Shown here: one piece after another, positions 1 to 12,120 of the stretch | How positions within the stretch are numbered: position 1 is the first letter of the stretch | How the letters are laid out: each line of letters starts with the position of its first letter | The notes under the pieces: generated by a model | What the model was told of the DNA's origin: nothing | Database searches by the model: none | What the model saw: the letters and a program-made list of their open reading frames with translations, nothing else | Made by a program: the position numbers and the translations under genes | Source of the DNA: Takakia lepidozioides | Lineage: Eukaryota > Plantae > Bryophyta | Assembly: GCA_030704615.1 (NCBI GenBank) | Contig: CM060731.1 | Location: 46,314,001 to 46,378,000, forward strand | Direction: 5' to 3' | Length of the DNA: 64,000 bases

Positions 1-452
1 CTTGGGACTCATCACGGCCCAATGGGGCCGTGGTGCGTGGACCAAGACTCACCGCGACTCATCACCGGGAGTCAAGGGTTTTCGTGGTGGTTTGCCATAA
101 AATGGCAGCGTTGTTTGTGAAACCCCCATAGACAGTCATAGAAGTATATATAGGGAGTAGTAACCCCGAGAACGGTGCAAGCCCGTTGGTGACCAAAAAC
201 TAGTGAGTAAGCGTGCGAGCCGGAAAGTGACCAATGTGTAGAGAGTTGTTTCGGACTGCCATTGACCAAAGGGAATTTCCACTTGACCCAAATTGAGATA
301 GGGTCTTGTGGAGGAGTAAAGGGGGACCGTTATGTCCTGGTGAGCAGCCGAAGCTCCGAGTTGGCCCGACGGCCAGTTTGGGAGTTAGGCGCGCGCATCA
401 AAGCGAGTAACTATGACTTGAAGGGGAGCTTACCAAAGTGAGGTGCGCGACA
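1..452 (-). mobile_element. End of a probable LTR (runs off the window start), inserted into the CACTA transposase relic
   Basis: The DUF4216-like reading frame stops abruptly at TGTCGCGCACC (minus strand, from 452), a TG-type LTR terminus. TATATATA lies ~300 nt inside. The other end is not visible. Confidence 0.5.
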
Positions 453-454
453 AC

Positions 455-1241
455 CTTCCCTTGAAGAGAAGAGGCCGGTACCTTGTATACTGTAGTTGGA
501 GTATGCTCTCAAGCTCTCCAATGTACTCAAGTTTGCTCATAGCAGGTCGTGTATCTCTCTTGCCCCACACGGAGTCTACTCAATATGTGGCACACAAGCC
601 AAAATCAAAGGTTGTTTTGCGCTTCATGTCAAGAACACGAATGTGGAAATGACGACCGTGAACCCTAACCGCCGTGTATGACGTCGCGAATTGAGAGGGG
701 CCCCTTGCAATGTCTTGCACCAAATCTGAAACCACCTCTCCTTAAGCAACGATGTCATAAACTAAAGTCTCAGTGGATTTTGTAAAAAGGTGACTAGAAT
801 CATGTTAAGTCTCAGTTTCATCGCCACTACTTCAATCAATCCCAATCCTCATCGATATTATCCGGCATTGACAAGTGAATGTATGCGGGTTGTTCATGGG
901 GAACATAATATACCTGGATAATCATGCATTGTCCAAAGCAAGATGCCTCTCATCTGAAAAGATTGTCCGGCCATAGGGTCAAGTGAAGCATCCAATGCCG
1001 GGACCCCCCTCCATAGCTCCTTAAGTTCATCAACAAGCTTACACATCCTCCTGGTTAATTCCATGCTCATTGTTGTTGTCACTGTCACTGTCATCGTCAT
1101 CATCGTCCGGTACCGTGGGGGCGGCGTCTCACCCACGGCTCCCGCCTGATGTACTTGGGTTGTTTTCGGATGGGGTGCCAAGAGAAAGGACCGGGAAGGG
1201 ATGGACAAAGTCCTGATACGAACAAATGAACATAGGGACAT
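455..1241 (-). pseudogene. CACTA/En-Spm transposase relic (Tnp2/Transposase_21 and DUF4216 segments, internally deleted)
   Basis: LVDELKELWRGVPALDAS...FQMRGILLWTMHDYPG is the Tnp2 core motif, preceded by an acidic DDDDDSDSD tract in another frame. At 455-700 the translation ARGP..ATSYTAVRVHGRHFHIR..RKTTFDFG..LEYIGELESILQLQY..LLFKG is DUF4216-like. Stops and frameshifts are present. Confidence 0.85.
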
Positions 1242-2023
1242 ATATTATAATGTGTCATTGCAACCATACACTTTATTATAAGCGAAATGCAAACAACAAC
1301 CTTCAATATGTGCGTGCATCAAATATGTCATTCAATAATTACATGTATGTACGCAATGTACACGCATGCAAAGTTTTAAACCCAAACAAAATCATTTCCC
1401 CCCCCCAATGACGCATTCACCCTATCAACCAATTTTTGTTTATTAATGTGAAAGAAAATCCTCTTATGCCATTGCACCCAACAAACGGATGTGGCTCAAG
1501 CTTCATTTTTTCCTACATGTGCTTAAATATGTGCAACACCTATACAAAGATCCAGCAGAAAATATATATATATTTGCCTCCCCAACGACGCACTCACCCT
1601 TGCACCAATTTTGAATTAAAACGAATTTAAATGAATTTAAAATAAATATTTGCATTTAGAAAATATATGATTGCGGTTTTGAGGGGCGTAATGATTTTAT
1701 TTTTAGCTCTATTTTGTTCTGTGACATTGGGCTTTGCACCACTACATCCATGCAAAATATTGGACAAAAATCAAATGGAAAAAAAATAAGTGTGTTTCTA
1801 GGGTCACTTTTGCAAAACTCTTTATGAAGAGTGCATGAAATAACTCAACTTTGGAGTGCAAATGAGATAATAAAATCTGGTTATGGGTCCAAATGACTTT
1901 TGTTTACTCCCAAATTTTGCACGCACATTGCATATGCTATCATTAAGCATATGGCTTGAAAATGGAATTAAAAAAAAAATCATCTGCAGGCGAAACACAA
2001 TTTTCCGTCTTTATGACACGTAG

Positions 2024-2543
2024 TGTCAAGGACGAGAACATGACAGAACACAAATAAGAGATCAGACTAGAGGTACAAGACTAGACAAGAAGTCAAGGTC
2101 GGCGTGGCCGGATGCATGGTAGGTGAACATGAATCAAGATGATCTTTATAACAATGGACAAGAATACAAAATTATGGAACTCGACTCGGAACTGGACTGG
2201 AATACCAGTACTGGACTTGGAAAAAGAGTAGCTTGAACTTGTGTTGGCGAGACTGAAGAGTGTCCAGTCTCGCCTCCTATATATACTGGCTACTAAAAAG
2301 CTTCCCCAAGAAGCTTCCCCAAGAAGCTTCCCCTATGGAGGTTTCTTGCTGGAGAAATTTCCAAGATTAAACAAAGGTTTCTTGATAGAGAAGCTTCCTT
2401 AAACAAATGAGGTATCTTGATAGAGAAGTTTTCTCCAAAATCATGGTAAATCACGGTAAGTCATGGTAACTTTCGGTAACATGATAATTTGGTAACTTCT
2501 GTATTTACTCCTGGTAAGTTCTTTTGGGGCTATGTCCGTGACA
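2024..2543 (-). repeat. 3' LTR of the chromovirus
   Basis: TGTCACGGAC...CCTTGACA on the minus strand. PPT AGAGGAGGGGGTGA at 2544-2557 abuts it. Aligns with 16660-17298 apart from indels in tandem tracts. Confidence 0.95.
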
Positions 2544-2555
2544 TCACCCCCTCCT

Positions 2556-3065
2556 CTAGCGCCGAGTTCCTCGAGGAGCGGTAAAATCTTGGATTTGCTT
2601 AGAGTTGGAGAAAATCCAAAATCCGACGAATGGTACTTGCCAAGTTCGTTCTTGTCTCAAATGATTTATAGGTCCCTGTAACCATCCATAGTGTCCAACA
2701 CCTTGAACTTGGGACCACGTAGTAATTTGAACATTCTGATTTTCGAAGTTGCCTTCAAACATGATTTCGTTGCCCTCTGGGTCCGAAGCCTCAACCTCCA
2801 TCAGAATTATTTCCACAAGCTCCTGCAGGGTTCGGACTCACTGTTTTGTTTCCACCAGTTCATCCTCTAACGTTCCGGATACTTGTTGCACCGTATCTGG
2901 TTCTTGTGATTCTATGCTGCCAATACAAGATGCAAGAATGCTGGAAGTGTAGCTATATATATTGATGTGTGGTGCTCCTCCCTCCTTAGCGTGTATCAGG
3001 TACATTGAATGTGGAGTCTTCTCCTTGAAGCTAGCTTGGCTGACATTATCGTTGTGACGTCTCAT
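2556..3065 (-). pseudogene. Extra ORF (~169 codons, one internal stop) between chromodomain and PPT; unknown product
   Basis: ORFs 2838-3065 and 2556-2816 are in the same frame, separated by one TGA. Its ATG overlaps the pol stop (ATGA). Confidence 0.55.
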
Positions 3066-6000
3066 TGACGTGTAGCTCGGGGTTTAGCTGGATATCGTTG
3101 ATGAAACGCTTGGACTTTGTCAGAGGCATTGACGAGGTTGGATGAAGGTTCCCACGTTCGTTCGCTGATGTCGTAGCCTTTCCAATGTACAAAATACTCA
3201 AGACGTTTATACTTGATGCGAGAGTCTAAGACTTCGTCGACTTCATACTCAATTTCCTGATTGACTTTGATTGGTGGAGGTGGTACGGAAACTCTCCCTA
3301 GAATATTCGATGGATGATACAATTCCAATAGTTAAACATGAAAAACTGGATGGATGCGCATACTTCGTGGGAGTTCAAGCCGAAAACTGACCGGATTTAT
3401 TTGTCGAATAATTTTGAATGGTCCCAGGCATTGATAATCCAACTTCTTTGATGGTCGCAAGGTTTGTATGTCCCGTCGAAGAAGCCACACACGATCTCCG
3501 ACCTTGAACTGGGGTTGGAGTTGGCGACGTTGATCTACATACTCCTTGTATTGTTTTTGAGCTTATGCGAGGTGGGATGTAAGCTCCTTGTGAATCGTAG
3601 CAAGATAAGTAGCAAGGTTTTCTGTAGCAGGGCTTCCAACAGTTTTCATGTGGAAAGGGTTTGCTCGAGGATGATGACCATAATTGGAGAAAAATGGAGT
3701 TTGTTTGGTCGAAGAATGTATAGTGTTGTTGTAGGCAAACTCAGCCAATGATAGAAGGTCCATCCAATTATCTTGGTGATAATTTATCGTACAGCGAAGA
3801 TACTGCTCCAAAATCTGGTTTACACGTTCGGTTTGACCATCAGTCTGTGGATGATTAGCTGTAGAGAGGTTGATCTTAGTATCAAACATGTGAAATAATC
3901 CCCTCCAGAAATTTGATATGAACTGTGGTCCTCGATCAGATACGATGTCCTTCGGGAGTCCATGAATGCGGTAGATATTATTGAGGAAGAGTCTTGCAGT
4001 TTCTTCGCCGGTAACCGTCTTATTACATGGAATGAAATGTGTCATCTTCGTAAAACGATCTACAATAACAAGGATTGAATCGGTGGTCTTGGAAATTGGA
4101 AGGTCCGTAATAAAGTCCATAGACACGGACGACCATGGACCCTTGGGAATGGGTAATGGTTGAAGAAAGTCGTAAGGTCAATGTCGTGGTCTCTTCGCTC
4201 TAGCACACGTGTCGCAAGATTTTATAAATTCTTTCACGAGTTTCCACATCTGCGGCCACCAATAGTCCCTGGATATCAACTCCAATGTTTTGTTGATGCC
4301 GAAATGTCCTGCAGCCGGAAGATCATGACATGTTTGAAGAATTCAAAGTTGTGTAGGTCCTGGAGGTACATAGAGAAGTCCTTTGAAGTAAAGTAAGTCA
4401 TCTTTGAATTCGAAGTCGTTTGTAACATGTGGGTTGTCTCGAGGTTGATTTAGTTGACTTCGTAGTCTCGTAGCAAAATGATCGCTCTTCAGTGCTTCCT
4501 GAATCTCCTTTATGATCTCTGCATCGTCATAGGTGGACATGCATAGCATATTCAATTGGAGATTTGCTGGTTTCAGGATGATGGATTTTTGTTGGTCAAA
4601 AGCTGCATCCCCTTCTTTTGGCGCAAGATACGATCGTCGAGAAAGAGCATCTGGTTTTCCTTGAAGATGTCCGAGACGGTAGGTAATAACAAAATCAAAT
4701 CTTGCTAGTGACATACTCCATCTTGCTTGACGTCGATTCAAAACACGAGCACTCATAAAATTTGAGGTTTTTGTGATCGGTATAGACAGTGACATGATGT
4801 TTAGCTCCCTCCAATAGATGTCGCCACTCCTCAAAAGCATCGATAATCGCTAGAAGTTCTTTGTCATGGACTTCATAATTGATCTCCGCAACGGAAAATT
4901 TGCGAGAACGAAAACCAATAGGGTGGAGTCGGCCATCTATACTGTATTGAGAGAGTACCGCGCCAAGTGCAAAGTCCGATGCATCTGCTTCTAAGAAGAA
5001 TGGTTTAGATGGGTCTGCATGTACCAGTATGAGAGCCGTTGTAAATGCCTGCTTCAGCCTTTTAAATGTTTGGTCAGCCTTCTCGTCCCATACAAATTTG
5101 TCCTTCTCTGTGAGTCGTGTCAATGGTGCAACAATTTTGGAGTAGTCATTGATGAAGATTCTATAAAAATTTGCAAAGCCCAGAAAACATTGTACATCTC
5201 GGACCGAAGTTGGTTTAATCCACTCGATGATGGTCTGTATTTTCTTCTGATCCATAAAGACGCATTTGTCGGAAATAATGTAGCCCAGAAATTCGACCTC
5301 AGATTGATGGAAAAGACATTTCTTCAACTTGGCATATAGTCTTTTTTCTCTTAATTTATCAAGGACAAGGCGTACATGGCGGCCATGTTCTTCTTCATTC
5401 TGTGAAAATATCAAAATGTCGTCCAAATAGATGACTACAAAGTCATCTAAAAATTCTCGAAAGATGTCATTTATCATATGTTGGAAAATTGCTGAAGCAT
5501 TTGTGAGACCGAAAGGCATAACACTGTATTCAAAATGTCCATACCTTGTTCGAAAAGTTGTTTTCCATTCGTCTCCTTCTTTTATCCGTACAAGGTTATA
5601 AGCTTCTCTCAAGTCGATTTTGGTGAAAATCTTTGCTCGTCCCAGCTGGTCGAGAAGCCCAGAAATCAGCGACAACGGATAACGATTCTTGATTGTGACT
5701 TTGTTGAGACCGCGATAGTCGACACACATGCGTAATGATCCGTCTTTCTTTTTCACAAAGAAGATTGGCGCCCCCGCGGGTGATTTTGAATGTCGGATGA
5801 AGTGCTTCGACAAATTTTCATCAATGTATTCACGTAATGCAGCCAACTCCGTCTGGGATAAGTTATAGATTGGGCCGAATGGTGGTTGGGCTCTTTCTTG
5901 TAACTCAATTGCGCAGTCATAAGGTCGATGTTCTGGCAATATGTCTGCATTTTTCTTCTCGAAGACATCTTTGAAATCTTGATATTGAGTGGGTAATGTT

Positions 6001-6086
6001 GAAGTACCTTTGTCTGTTGTGGTCTTGATCGGAGTCGCATAAAGTGCAAATGCCGCCTCCTTTTTATAGCTCTCATGAAAGCTCTA
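3062..6086 (-). pseudogene. pol (RT, RNase H, integrase, chromodomain), frameshifted
   Basis: RT LRMCVDYRGLN...YLDDILIF; RNase H LEADASDFALG; integrase SMDFITDLP...VSDRGPQF...HPQTDGQTERVNQ; chromodomain EYEVDEVLDSR..YFVHWKGY..ERTWEP. Confidence 0.95.
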
Positions 6087-6867
6087 GTTCTACGATGGGC
6101 TATTTTGGCCCAGCCAGTGGAAAACCTCTGCTTTGTTGTGACAGTCGGGCTTATGATGGCTTGTGTGAGAGACACACATCTGTTTTCCAGGCCCTAGTTT
6201 GCTTTACTTACCTTATGGTAGTTGGAAACAAATTGAGAGGCTGCAAGGAACTGTTTGCTGCAGCTACTCGGGTACCCATGTTGGTAAAATGCCCCTATTA
6301 TGTTCCAACCCGGATGGCTTTGTTAGCTAGATGCTTAGGCCAGGGTATGGTGAAGATTCTGCCTGTGGCTATTCGGCTGACACTGAAATATGGCAGCAAT
6401 ATGACTGGTAACTGGTTTTTGAGGCAGCCAGGGTGGTCAAGTGGAAATACCCCCTGGACATGGTGTAATGACATGGTCAAATGTGGAATGATGTGAATAG
6501 GGTGTACTGACAGTATCATATACTGTCCCAGGATGTGTATGCAGTCAGTTATCTTTACCTTGTTGTGTCATGAACTTTGATTTTCAGCTGTAGCAAGAAA
6601 TAAAGGTATAGGGGTATTCTGGAAAACTTACCAGACATATCCACCTCCCCTGTGGGGGCAAGCTGTGTTGCAGACCAGTCTAAACAAATATTGGCAGGGC
6701 AAGGTATTTAAATCTGTGATGTCCAAGTGTTCTTTTTGTTTTTTTTTAAAAAAAACCCGCCATGACACCCATGGGGTTTGAGTAAGTATACTTGAATTAC
6801 AGCTTGCGGACAGTAAATCTGTATGACCATCTGACCTGCAACACATCAAGGCCAAAATATGGCCAAG

Positions 6868-7123
6868 TACCCGCCATCCCACCCAGACCTCTGAATGCGT
6901 ATCATGATCATGACTAGTGGTCAATCAGCATCAGTGGCATACTCTTTGGGTTATGAATAATACTGACATGAACACATTACTGTGCATGGATGTAATTATG
7001 GATTTTCTAAGCTTGATGATTGATGGATGGTGCCACTGTCAAGTGGCTGATATGTCTGATTATTCTTCTTATTCATGACAACGACCCTAGGGGTCTTGTC
7101 TTTGTCTTGACATGACAAAAAGT

Positions 7124-7163
<40 letters not shown>

Positions 7164-7403
7164 TTCGTGCTGTTCACAAAAAAAAAAACCACAGAGGGAA
7201 AGAGGGGATAGAAAAAGTTAATAAGAGAGAGGGAAGATATTCATGTCATGTCAAGACACGGACAAGACCAACTAGGGTCATTGTCAATTAAAGACATAAA
7301 TAGCCCATGACAGGGCACCATCTAACACTTCCAGTCTTGTCATAGCATACCAAGTAACGCCACCCATTCAGTCATGATAAAACAGGGTGGGAGGGCGGGG
7401 TAT
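6868..7403. repeat. Degenerate fold-back (inverted repeat) around a CT/GA-rich module
   Basis: 7077-7117 pairs with 7244-7285. Patchier complementarity extends out to TACCCGCCATCCCACCC (~6868) and GGGTGGGAGGGCGGGGTA (~7400). Confidence 0.7.
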
Positions 7404-7480
7404 ATTCATAATCAGATTCCTGTCATGTACCCAAGTGACCTTCTTGCACAATATAAGTCAGATTGCAGCCTCAAATTAAA

Positions 7481-9170
7481 TCATCCATAGTTATCCATAA
7501 GATATGCACCATGCAAGATATCATGGGCGTATAAGAACTTCTTGCCACATTACAAATCCAAGATATGTATACACAAGTACCTTGAAGTGATCCAAGACAA
7601 GCATTATGCAAGGTAGGTAAGAATAGCCTGCCCTACAACACATTCAGGGAATGTACACACAGGCAACTGGAAGGACTAGCCTGCAGCCAAAAAAGTACCT
7701 AGTCTAAAAATCCACAGGCAAAGCTGTCAAAGATTCAAGACAGGGTAAAATTCACATGTTGTGCTGCAAGGGCTGCCAGGCCGAAATGCTCCATCAACGG
7801 CAGCAAAACATAAGTAAAAAACAAGCATCATCATGTCAAACTGGGAGCAAGCGGGCCGAAATCAGGGCTGCATGCAGCAGCAGTATGTTCCTTTTGCTCA
7901 CATCCTTATCTGCAAGCTCAAGAGAATTCAAAGCAAGTAGGGATCCTCACGTGGTCCCATCACAAACCCCCACAAATACCAATGGGTTAGTGAGGATTGT
8001 GGAACCCCGGGTGAATCACAGACCCCTACACTTATCATCGATGTCAACTAAGAACCTCAAAAGCAAGAGAGAAAGACATAAAGTAAAAGGAACCCTAATC
8101 ACCAAAAGCACCTTGAGCAATTGGGGAAGGTAAGTGTGCGCCATCGTCACCAGCAAGCCACCTCCAACACAACTAACTTGGAGAAGCAAAGAAAACAAGT
8201 ATCCTTGCTAGGTTTAAGAAGGGAGAGAGAGATATATACACTTCCCTACACAAGCGCCGCTGCGAAATATAAAAGCTAGAGGAGGGAAAGAGACGATGCA
8301 ATCACAGCGGGGTCTCCCGCCTGTGAGAAGAGACAAGACGCCGCCATTGCGCATCCCCAGGAGCTCGCCTGGCATGGGCACGAAGCAGCAGACAGGGTAG
8401 CAGCAGAGCACAGACGCCATAACTCTCAGCCCGCAAGCTCAGAAGCACGAGGAATGTTGCTGACGGCGGGAGAGACACCCTAGGGCAAAGCCCGATTTTT
8501 CATCCACGGAGGATGAATAATCAACACCCTTTATCTCGAAAACCCGACGGAGGTCATCCGTTAGCTAGGTTTAAACAGGAGTTTATAGGGTAGGGGTTAG
8601 GGTTTCACTCCTTAATTAGCCATAATTAAGGGTAATTAAACAATTCTCCGGGGCCATCATAAGCTGCATTTTTCATCCGGTTCAGATGAAAAAAGTTAAT
8701 AGGTTCATCTAATTGGAGAAGGTCCATCAACAAGATGAAAAAGCAATACATATCATCCAAGGCAGCGGTTTCTCATCCTAACAAGTAATTCATCATCTCC
8801 TAAGAAAAGCCTCATCCAGTACGGAAAAAAAGGCATAAAGGAGGAATAAAACAAATTAATTTTCATCCGGCATGGATGGAAAAATTATAGATAGGATGCC
8901 AGTGTCACAACCCCTACAGAGGTAATTCCTCATTCTTTGGTGACTCATCTAGTATAGATGAAAGTCAATAAAAGAGGAATTAAAAAATTATAGACCCTTT
9001 TAAGAGGTATTTTAGTGTCCACCCAGGTAGTTCATCCGGTATGGATAGAAAAACTTTATAGGGCAGGTGAAAACACTGTTTAGAATTCCAGTATAGATGG
9101 AAAAACATGAAAAGAACACTGATGCAACCGTCCAATTCCGAGGAGGGAGACAGAGGGAGAGAGGGGGCAC
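7481..9170. repeat. Unclassified dispersed repeat, copy A (inverted relative to 20323-22720)
   Basis: 7481-7676 matches the reverse complement of ~22516-22720, and ~7700-9170 matches the reverse complement of ~20323-21835. Contains an array of TCATCC/GGATGA palindromes. Confidence 0.9.
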
Positions 9171-9348
9171 TAAGTCACCCCTCCCGATTATTTATTATTA
9201 TTATTATTATTATTATTTAAATTTTCTGGTTTCCTGATCTCTCCCTCTCACTCCCTCTCTCTCTCTCCTCTCTTGTGTGCTGCTCACAAAAGAAAAAACC
9301 CACAGAGGGAGAGAGGGGGTAGAAAAAATTAAAAAGAGAGAGGGAAAA

Positions 9349-11010
9349 GTCGAGGCTGAGCCAAAAGCCCAGCCCCTTCTGAGGCCTAGTTTTTGGGCAT
9401 CTCACACACAACAAATTGATGCTTGTGTGAAGGAATTTGTAGAGGATATCTGGAAAACCCGGATTAATTCTATATGTGAAGGTACTTACTACCAACGTCA
9501 GCCCCGGACAGAGGTAGGATCTGTCCCTTTAGCAGTAGCAGCTGCTCAGTCACCCCCCCCCCAACCTTCTTTTCTTTTCTTTGTTGCCCCTGATGTCTCC
9601 CTCTCTTTGTCCCTCTTTGTCCCTCTCTCCCTCTCTTCTGTGCTGCTCTCTTTTAAGCTCCCGACGAGATAAATTCAAGGTCAGATGGTGGGTTCAGCTG
9701 CAACATATGTCCAACACCAGATATCCTAAGTTAATCGACTCTATATCTTGGAAACAGGACCGCCCACTGACCTGTCAAACAGGCTAAGTCCTAGTAAAAG
9801 ATAGTAGAAGAGATTCTCAAGGACCTGGACCTGGAACCGCAAGTCTTCACCCTGCTGGATAAATCTGACTTAGAGGCTGTAGTGTCCAACCATGTCTGTT
9901 GCCATGAGATTGTCTGATGAAAATGAAGTTAGGCAAAAAACTTCACTGAACTTGTTTCCAGTCTATGACACGGGGAAGGAGATCTTGAATGACCTCAAGG
10001 GACTACCCACTCTCGGCACTAGAGTGAAATTTAAACTCGGGGCAGGAAGCCTTCCTTTGATAAGCAAACAAAAGCAGAGAGGATCAGGAGAGTGCAATTG
10101 CCCGTTGTGTGGGCAACCTGAAGACATTATTCATTTTATGATACACTGTCCAGGGTTCTCTCACCAAAGAGACGCTCTCTTCAAATCTATCAAGGGAATT
10201 GTGCATGTACCTCTATTTACTAACTTTGAACAAGTCGAGGCTGAGCCAAAAGCCCAGCCCTTTCTGAGGCCTAGTTTTTGGGCAACTCACACACAGCAGA
10301 TTGATGCTTGAGTGAAGGGATTTGTAGAGGATATCTGGAAAACCCGGATTAATTCTATATGTGAAGGTAAGTCTTACTACCAACGTCAGCCCCTGACAGA
10401 GGTAGGATCTGTCCCTTTTGTTTCCCCAAGAGAGGGGGCAACAAAGAAAAAAAAAATGTGGGAGGGGGGGGGGTGACTGAGCAGCAGCCTGATGTCTCCC
10501 CCTCAGTCCCTCTCTCTGTCCCTCTCTGTCCCTCTGTCCCTCTCCCTCTCTCTCCCTCTCTTCTGTGCTGCTTTCTTTTAAGCTCTCGACGAGATAAATT
10601 CAAGGTCAGATGGTGGGTTCAGCTGCAACATATGTCCAACACCAGATATCCTAAGTTAATCGACTCTATATCATGGAAACAGGACCGCCCTGTCAAACAG
10701 GGTAAGCCCTGGGAGAAGAGAGTAGAAGAGATTCTCAAGGATCTGAATCTGGACCCGCAAGTCTTGACCTTGCTGGATAAACCTGACTTAGAGAGTGTAG
10801 TATCCAAAACCATGTCTGTTATCAGGAAAATGAAGTTAGGAAGAAAACTTCCCTGAACCTGTTTCCAATCTGTGACATGGGGGAGGACATCATGGATGCG
10901 CTCAAGGGTCTATTCCACTCTTGGCACCAGACCGAAATTTAAACTCAGGGCAGGAAGACTACCTTTGAACAGTAAACAGATCAGAGAGGAAAGGGAAAGT
11001 GCAATTGCTC
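9349..11010 (+). mobile_element. Non-LTR (LINE) ORF2 C-terminal relic, tandemly duplicated (~0.89-kb period)
   Basis: KFKLGAGSLPL...CPLCGQPEDIIHFMIHCP (CCHC RT zinc knuckle)...IWKTR. 9349-9530 repeats at 10233-10418, and ~9590-10100 repeats at ~10490-11008. Confidence 0.75.
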
Positions 11011-11435
11011 TGACATACCTCTGTTGTTGTGGCTGTTGTTGGTGCTTCAAGCGAGCTGGTGCAGTGAGCTGCTGCGGTGCTGTCGCGGCTACCAACGGCG
11101 CGGGTCGCCGCCGCTGCAGGGCGTCTCTCCCCGCTCACCACGACTCTCTCTCTCTCTCTTCAGCTCGTTTAGATCGCGCCTCTGCGCGGCGTTCCTACCA
11201 CAGAGGGGAGAGAGAGATCAGCCCGTGCTTAGGGCAAGAAAACAAGAGAGAAAGTGAGGGAGGAGGCGGTGCTTACCTTGGGCGTTGGAGCGGCATTGGG
11301 GCAAACTCCTTGGGGCCTTGCGACCACCTCGGGCTCAGCAGCAAGTGCGTTTCTCCTCCACCCTAAACCCCACTCTCTGAACTACCTCTCTCCCAAAGAA
11401 CAAACAAAAACGGGAGGGGAAAGAGGTGCTTCAAG

Positions 11436-11695
11436 CACTTAGGGAAAAAAAAATTGGCGCGGCGCCTACGTGCGATGCCCGGCCGTCGCACGCCTGCGGC
11501 CCGCCCTTTTTTTGAAATGTAAAAATGGTATTTGCGATGGCGGGCCGTCGCTGCTTGTGACACCCGGCCCCATAAATTAAAAAAACACGTCGCCTCCCGC
11601 GACGGCTTTCCGTCGCGAGGTGCGACCCGTAGGTAAAAATTTGAAAAAATCGCATCGCCAAATGCGACGCAATGGTGTCGCAGGAGGCGGCAACT
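11436..11695 (+). mobile_element. CACTA-like left terminus with GCGAC/GTCGC subterminal repeats
   Basis: Begins CACTTAGGGAAAAAAAAA after AAG. Many CGTCGC/GCGACG motifs in both orientations follow. The partner TIR is not in the window. Confidence 0.65.
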
Positions 11696-12120
11696 AGCCT
11701 TTCTGGGTTTACGGTTTAGGGCCTTTTGGGGTTCTTAGTTTTTGTTTTTATTTTGTTTTTTTTCATATGGTACTGGGTTAGGGTGTTTGTTTTTCTTTAT
11801 GGTGCTGGGTTTTGGATTGGCGATTTTGGTTGTGGGTCTTGGGGTTGAAAGGATAAACGGTGTAATTAGGATTCACATACCCAAAATGTGGTTCAATCTG
11901 ATAAGCGCAAAGCGCTGGGTCTCAACAAATTTTTCCATGGTGTGGGGATCCTGAAGATAGAACGTGAGGAAAGATTTATTGTCTTGGGCTCTCTAGCACC
12001 ATAGGGATGCTCCGCCTTTGGTTACCAATTTTGAAAGCCTCGAGGCTGAGGCATAGGGTTTTTTCGCCCAACGGTTTTTAAGAAATGAAAGTGCTGATGG
12101 TGTGTGTTAATTAGGATGCG

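Larger units (their letters stand above)
2024..6086 (-). mobile_element. 3' half of a Ty3/gypsy chromovirus (Tf1/sushi/Tcn1-like): RT-RNaseH-integrase-chromodomain, extra ORF, PPT, 3' LTR
   Basis: Pol motifs, a PPT and a TG...CA LTR homologous to 16660-17298. The flank CGTAG (2019-2023) is the reverse complement of CTACG (16655-16659). Confidence 0.95.

Noticed and set aside
6084-6114. Helitron-like 3' end (hairpin + CTAG) at the inversion breakpoint
   Set aside because: The CTAG overlaps bases needed by the pol frame, the next base is not T, and the other break does not start with TC. A simple inversion explains the data.
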